DNA of 64,000 nucleotides from Balanoglossus misakiensis (Eukaryota > Animalia > Hemichordata): the NCBI GenBank assembly GCA_040954595.2, contig CM082586.2, positions 2,361,124 to 2,425,123 of the forward strand, given 5' to 3'. Positions 61,440-64,000 of the stretch are shown here, in pieces. The position numbers and the translations under genes were made by a program. The number at the start of each line of letters is the position of its first letter. Position 1 is the first letter of the stretch. The notes beneath the pieces were generated by a model. That model did not search any database and was not told the DNA's origin. It saw only the letters and a list, made by a program, of their open reading frames with translations.

Positions 61440-64000
61440 GAAGTTCAAAGCAAAACTGTGTAGGAAATGCTTGGTCAAAACTGCCAACGTAAAGCCACAT
61501 TCTGCTGCAAAAACTGATCTTGATGAACCATCAACATTAATTTAAATTTTTTTCAGGATTAAGAATTGCATTGTATTCATTCCTAAATCGGCATTCTCAA
61601 GAGTTTCTTTCAGTATCAAATTTGAATCAAACAATTTTTGGAAAACAAATATCTGGAAATAATTTCAGCAAAGGTTGTACAGATTTGGAGGCGCAACTTG
61701 TGGTACTTTACAATTCTTGTGTGGGCGACTGACAGAAGAAAATTCTTGCCAGAGTTGGAATTTTTTGTATCTTTTTTCCCTTTCTTTATTGTCTCATGGA
61801 ATCCACAGAAACGATAAAAACAAAAACTAGACGTGGCTTCGTTTTCGGCCTCTTGGTGGCGCTCTTCCATCAACTTGATTGCTACTGGTCTTGCGCCGAT
61901 AAATTTGTATTCATTCATATGTAAGCCATGGAAACAATTACTATCTAAATAAAGAATCATATGCGCCTATTAAAGAGAGAGATATGTGTATAAATGGTCA
62001 GCATTTATTGCAGTGTTATTACAGTAATTGAGTACATACCTTGGTATATTAAAACAACTGCCACAACAGAAAACAAAAACAAAACAACAACAAAACAATA
62101 AATGCATCAGAAAGAACCAGCTGCTCAACTGGTTGGTACGTCAGTAGCACCACATTAAAACTGGGGATGAGGGGGGGGGGGGGAGAGAGTGATTCACTTG
62201 CGAGATCAACCAGTGATTCTGTCAGACCACAGTTCATCCAGATAGATCTTCTGCTGTCATTCTGATAATGAGTCAAGTTGATGTTGCAACAAAATTCAAA
62301 TTCACAGAATGACATCAGGAAAAGCCATGGAATTGAAGGCTTTGGGTATGGGTGTGTTTAAAAAGATGAACTGTATGAATTTCACATTCTTCCAGTGGTT
62401 AGAATCACTTGATGATCTGCTAGTGTGAGCTGGGTTTTTATGGATCAGTGTATGATGAAAAGTATCCACAATGATATCTTGGTCACACTATGAATGCAAG
62501 GTGGTTGTTCTTGGATCCTTTTTGCCTTCACCACCACCACCAGGAATATATGAATAACTATGTGGCGTATGTGTGTACTGTTGCCACCATCAACTCACAT
62601 AGACAGGGGCTGCAGGTAGAGGTGAAAGGTCAATCAGCAGGAAGTGAGACCAGGCAGAGTGCATTGTGGGTACTTATCACAGAACAAGAAACCTGCCTTC
62701 TAATTAGTCCTGGGGAAATCTCAAAACAACACCAGGTAAATTTTTCGCTAGAGCTACCTACATATTCTGGATTATCAAAAAAGGTCAAAGTCAGTGAATT
62801 CTAAAAATTTACATATATATTTTAAGACTGGTTATAACCTGAAGCATACAGACCAAGTCGCCACAAAGACGTGCACGGTGCACCTTCTGCCTTGTGTATA
62901 CCCGAATCAGAAAAAGAAAACAAAAAATGAACATCACAGAGAGAAATAATCTTGCATACATAGGGAATTACAAAGACGTGTTCGCTGTATATCTTTTTAT
63001 TCATGCGTCCCCCAAAAAAGGTTTTGTTGAGTGAAAATACTGCATGGGCAACTATTAGAAAGGCCAAAGTGGTGACATATCTAGATAAGATGATACCGTC
63101 ACTAGTTGGAAAATTTGAGAAGAGAACTGGAAATAGCCATGATTTGAGCGGAAAAAAACTTGCACGAAAATACTGCTGGATATTAATACACAAGCTGCGT
63201 CCATACAGCACAAAGCTATTACAGTTGTGATTATTATTATTTTTCGTTAACTACAATTTTTTTTGATGTCCTGTCGAACAAGAACTGTGTTTGGAGATTA
63301 CGTCAAGGAGCAATCATACATGAGACAAGACTAAATATACATACAAATATATATTAAGAAAATCTGTCCATTATTTTAGAACATTTGTGTAGAAGTTCTC
63401 TACCTCTGGAAACAAAAAACATAAAAAGTGAACTGTAAATAAAACCATATCTGTCTGAAAAACTACATCTAACAAGAACACTAAACCTTCCACATAATGA
63501 ATATAAAAATATGCTCATAGATAATTTTTTTTTTCTCTCCCTCTCTCCAGATAATTTCTCTCGTATGAAAGATCTACCTAGCACAAATACGAATGAGTAA
63601 TAGGTTTATAGTATATTTTTTCTTCAAAGTTCAACTGTTATAAATTCATATTCACTCAGTATATAATTCAGAAAAAAAGAGTCCTACTCCCACAAGATCA
63701 ATAAATGTTTTGTTTACAAATATGTCGCTCTAATAACAAACAAAAACAGATTCATATGCCGGTTTTTCGCCTCATTCTTTCACACGACAAATGTGACAAA
63801 TCTGCAAACATTTCGTTCGATTGAACGAAATTCTGTCCCAATATGAGGCAGCTCTCATAATTCATGAATCGAAAGATTTTAATTTTGTAAATTTTTTCCA
63901 CTCTACAAATCTTAGCCAAGAAGAATAAGTGCCTCAACATTTAGTTGAAACTATAAACCTGTTCACCCCCATTTAACCTGTAGTTTGGAACATTCCAATT

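Noticed and set aside
61616-64000. ORFs and AT-rich DNA at the window end
   Set aside because: No coding signal; possibly the 3' UTR of an outside minus-strand gene or a repeat, but no terminal repeats or target-site duplications could be confirmed.

Overview
Eukaryotic (metazoan) genomic DNA with GT-AG spliced genes; no prokaryotic features. Gene content suggests a marine invertebrate, probably a deuterostome (inference). Exons were reconstructed by hand and checked for phase and length. Contents: (1) three tandem divergent SLC16/MCT-like transporter paralogs (+, 0.5-9.7 kb) sharing an unusual TM8 GQxxHG motif; (2) a ~23 kb minus-strand gene of up to 30 coding exons (~1700 aa) with a Cys/His motif, a Pro/Glu/Lys-rich region of symmetric cassette exons flanked by RBFOX motifs, two duplicated coiled-coil exons and a degenerate C-terminal EF-hand domain; its first intron holds RFX X-boxes and many candidate in-frame mini first exons; (3) a 3-exon NDUFAF8 gene missed by the ORF track (-, 37-38.3 kb); (4) a FAM167 gene (+) with candidate upstream promoters including a perfect DR4; (5) an anion-type Cys-loop receptor subunit (-) with atypical ligand loops, head-to-head with (6) a membrane-anchored CLCA gene (+) carrying a 1-nt frameshift in exon 6. 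No database searches were run; family calls come from recalled motifs.
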